Virus record (IMG/VR): IMGVR_UViG_3300039796_000001
Coordinates: 1 to 33,036 of that record
DNA: 33,036 nucleotides
From: a virus
Direction: 5' to 3' (one strand)
Both the position numbers and the translations under genes were made by a program. Shown here one piece after another: positions 32,406 through 33,036 of this stretch; position 1 is the stretch's first letter; each line of letters opens with the position of its first letter. The notes beneath the pieces were generated by a model that made no database searches, was not told the DNA's origin, and was given only the letters and a program-made list of their open reading frames with translations.

Positions 32406-33017
32406 ATGATTGACCCTAATAAAAAAGAAATAAATCACAATAAAAGGTTATGTTTTTTAAAGAACATTATTACCAACCCTAATATTATAGTGGGCGATTA
32501 TACCTATTACGATGACCCAGAGGATGTTAATAATTTTAATAAAAACGTACTTTATCACTTCGACTTTATTGGCGATAAATTGATAATTGGTAAATTCTGT
32601 CAGATAGCAACTGGCGTAAGATTTATTATGAATGGCGCTGTTCATTCTATAGAAGGATTTTCTACCTTCCCATTCCTTATTTTTGGGAAAGACTGGGGAG
32701 AAATCCCTGAATATCCACAATCAAAAGGTGATACGGTAATAGGGAATGATGTTTGGATTGGTAACTCGGTTACCATAATGCCAGGTATTAAGATAGGCGA
32801 TGGGGCCATATTGGCAACGAACGCCGTTATTACTAAAGATGTAGAGCCTTATACTATTGTAGGTGGCAATCCTGGTAAAGTTATAAGAAAGCGATTCGAT
32901 GACGAAACTACCGAAAAACTATTAAAGTTAAAATGGTGGGATTGGCCGATAGAAAAAATACGTAAATATTCGGGTCATATTTCAAAAGGTACTTTAATTA
33001 TTGCAAAAGAGATATAA
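32406..33017 (+). CDS. vat: Vat-family (xenobiotic/streptogramin A) O-acetyltransferase, hexapeptide-repeat type.
   Basis: 203 aa. It contains VGDYTYYDD..., LIIGKFCQIATGVRFIMNGAVHSIEGFSTFPF, GDTVIGNDVWIGNSVTIMPGIKIGDGAILATNAVITKDVEPYTIVGGNPGKVIRKRF and LKWWDWPIEKI. These follow Vat(D)-type sequences nearly motif for motif, including the catalytic His in NGA.H. Confidence 0.85.
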   Translation: MIDPNKKEINHNKRLCFLKNIITNPNIIVGDYTYYDDPEDVNNFNKNVLYHFDFIGDKLIIGKFCQIATGVRFIMNGAVHSIEGFSTFPFLIFGKDWGEIPEYPQSKGDTVIGNDVWIGNSVTIMPGIKIGDGAILATNAVITKDVEPYTIVGGNPGKVIRKRFDDETTEKLLKLKWWDWPIEKIRKYSGHISKGTLIIAKEI

Positions 33018-33036
33018 AAATGAGTAAAGCAATAAC
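32910..33036. repeat. Terminal overlap copy B, identical to 1-127.
   Basis: Same as copy A. It includes the vat 3' end and the first 17 nt of the DUF1640-like gene (ATG at 33020). Confidence 0.95.

Noticed and set aside
1-33036. A search for integrase/att sites, tRNA genes, reverse transcriptase/retron, CRISPR-Cas and T7-type phage promoters.
   Set aside because: No ORF with tyrosine or serine recombinase, RT or Cas motifs was seen. There is no cloverleaf-like sequence in the intergenic gaps, and no recurring ~20-bp promoter-like consensus among the gaps. Absence judged by eye is not proof.

Overview
The window closes on itself. Bases 1-127 recur exactly at 32910-33036, so it is one complete circular, or circularly assembled, replicon of 32,909 bp. 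The break point lies inside a gene.

About 20.6 kb (2161-22794, all minus strand) is a T7-type podovirus module. Reading the minus strand from 22794 down to 2161, it encodes small regulators, a VRR-NUC nuclease, a Terminase_2-type small terminase, an NrdR-like zinc ribbon and a second TerS-like HTH protein. These are followed by portal, scaffold, major capsid, tail tubular A and B, four internal/ejection proteins, tail fibre and large terminase.

The other ~12 kb is mostly plus strand and visibly far more AT-rich. It looks like a plasmid and accessory arm:
- a PAS + LuxR-HTH regulator convergent with an orphan receiver
- relBE
- ssb
- a RepA-like initiator with an apparent antisense-RNA and leader-peptide control region, plus a DnaA-box/AT-rich origin candidate downstream
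- parA with a small RHH partner, flanked by phased T(A/G)CACC hexamers
- three tandem paralogous small genes plus a 2-TM micro-protein
- a PD-(D/E)XK exonuclease and RecT pair
- a Vat-type streptogramin acetyltransferase
- a DUF1640-like protein, a lipoprotein and a membrane protein

I recognised no integrase, phage RNA or DNA polymerase, primase/helicase, tRNA or CRISPR array.

The best reading is an extrachromosomal podoviral phage-plasmid. Its candidate novelty is the signal-sensing module (PAS-LuxR plus receiver plus small RNA) at the divergence point between the phage arm and the plasmid arm.

All protein calls rest on motif and architecture recognition by eye. No database search or folding computation was run. 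The host is unknown; an AT-rich gammaproteobacterium is only a guess.
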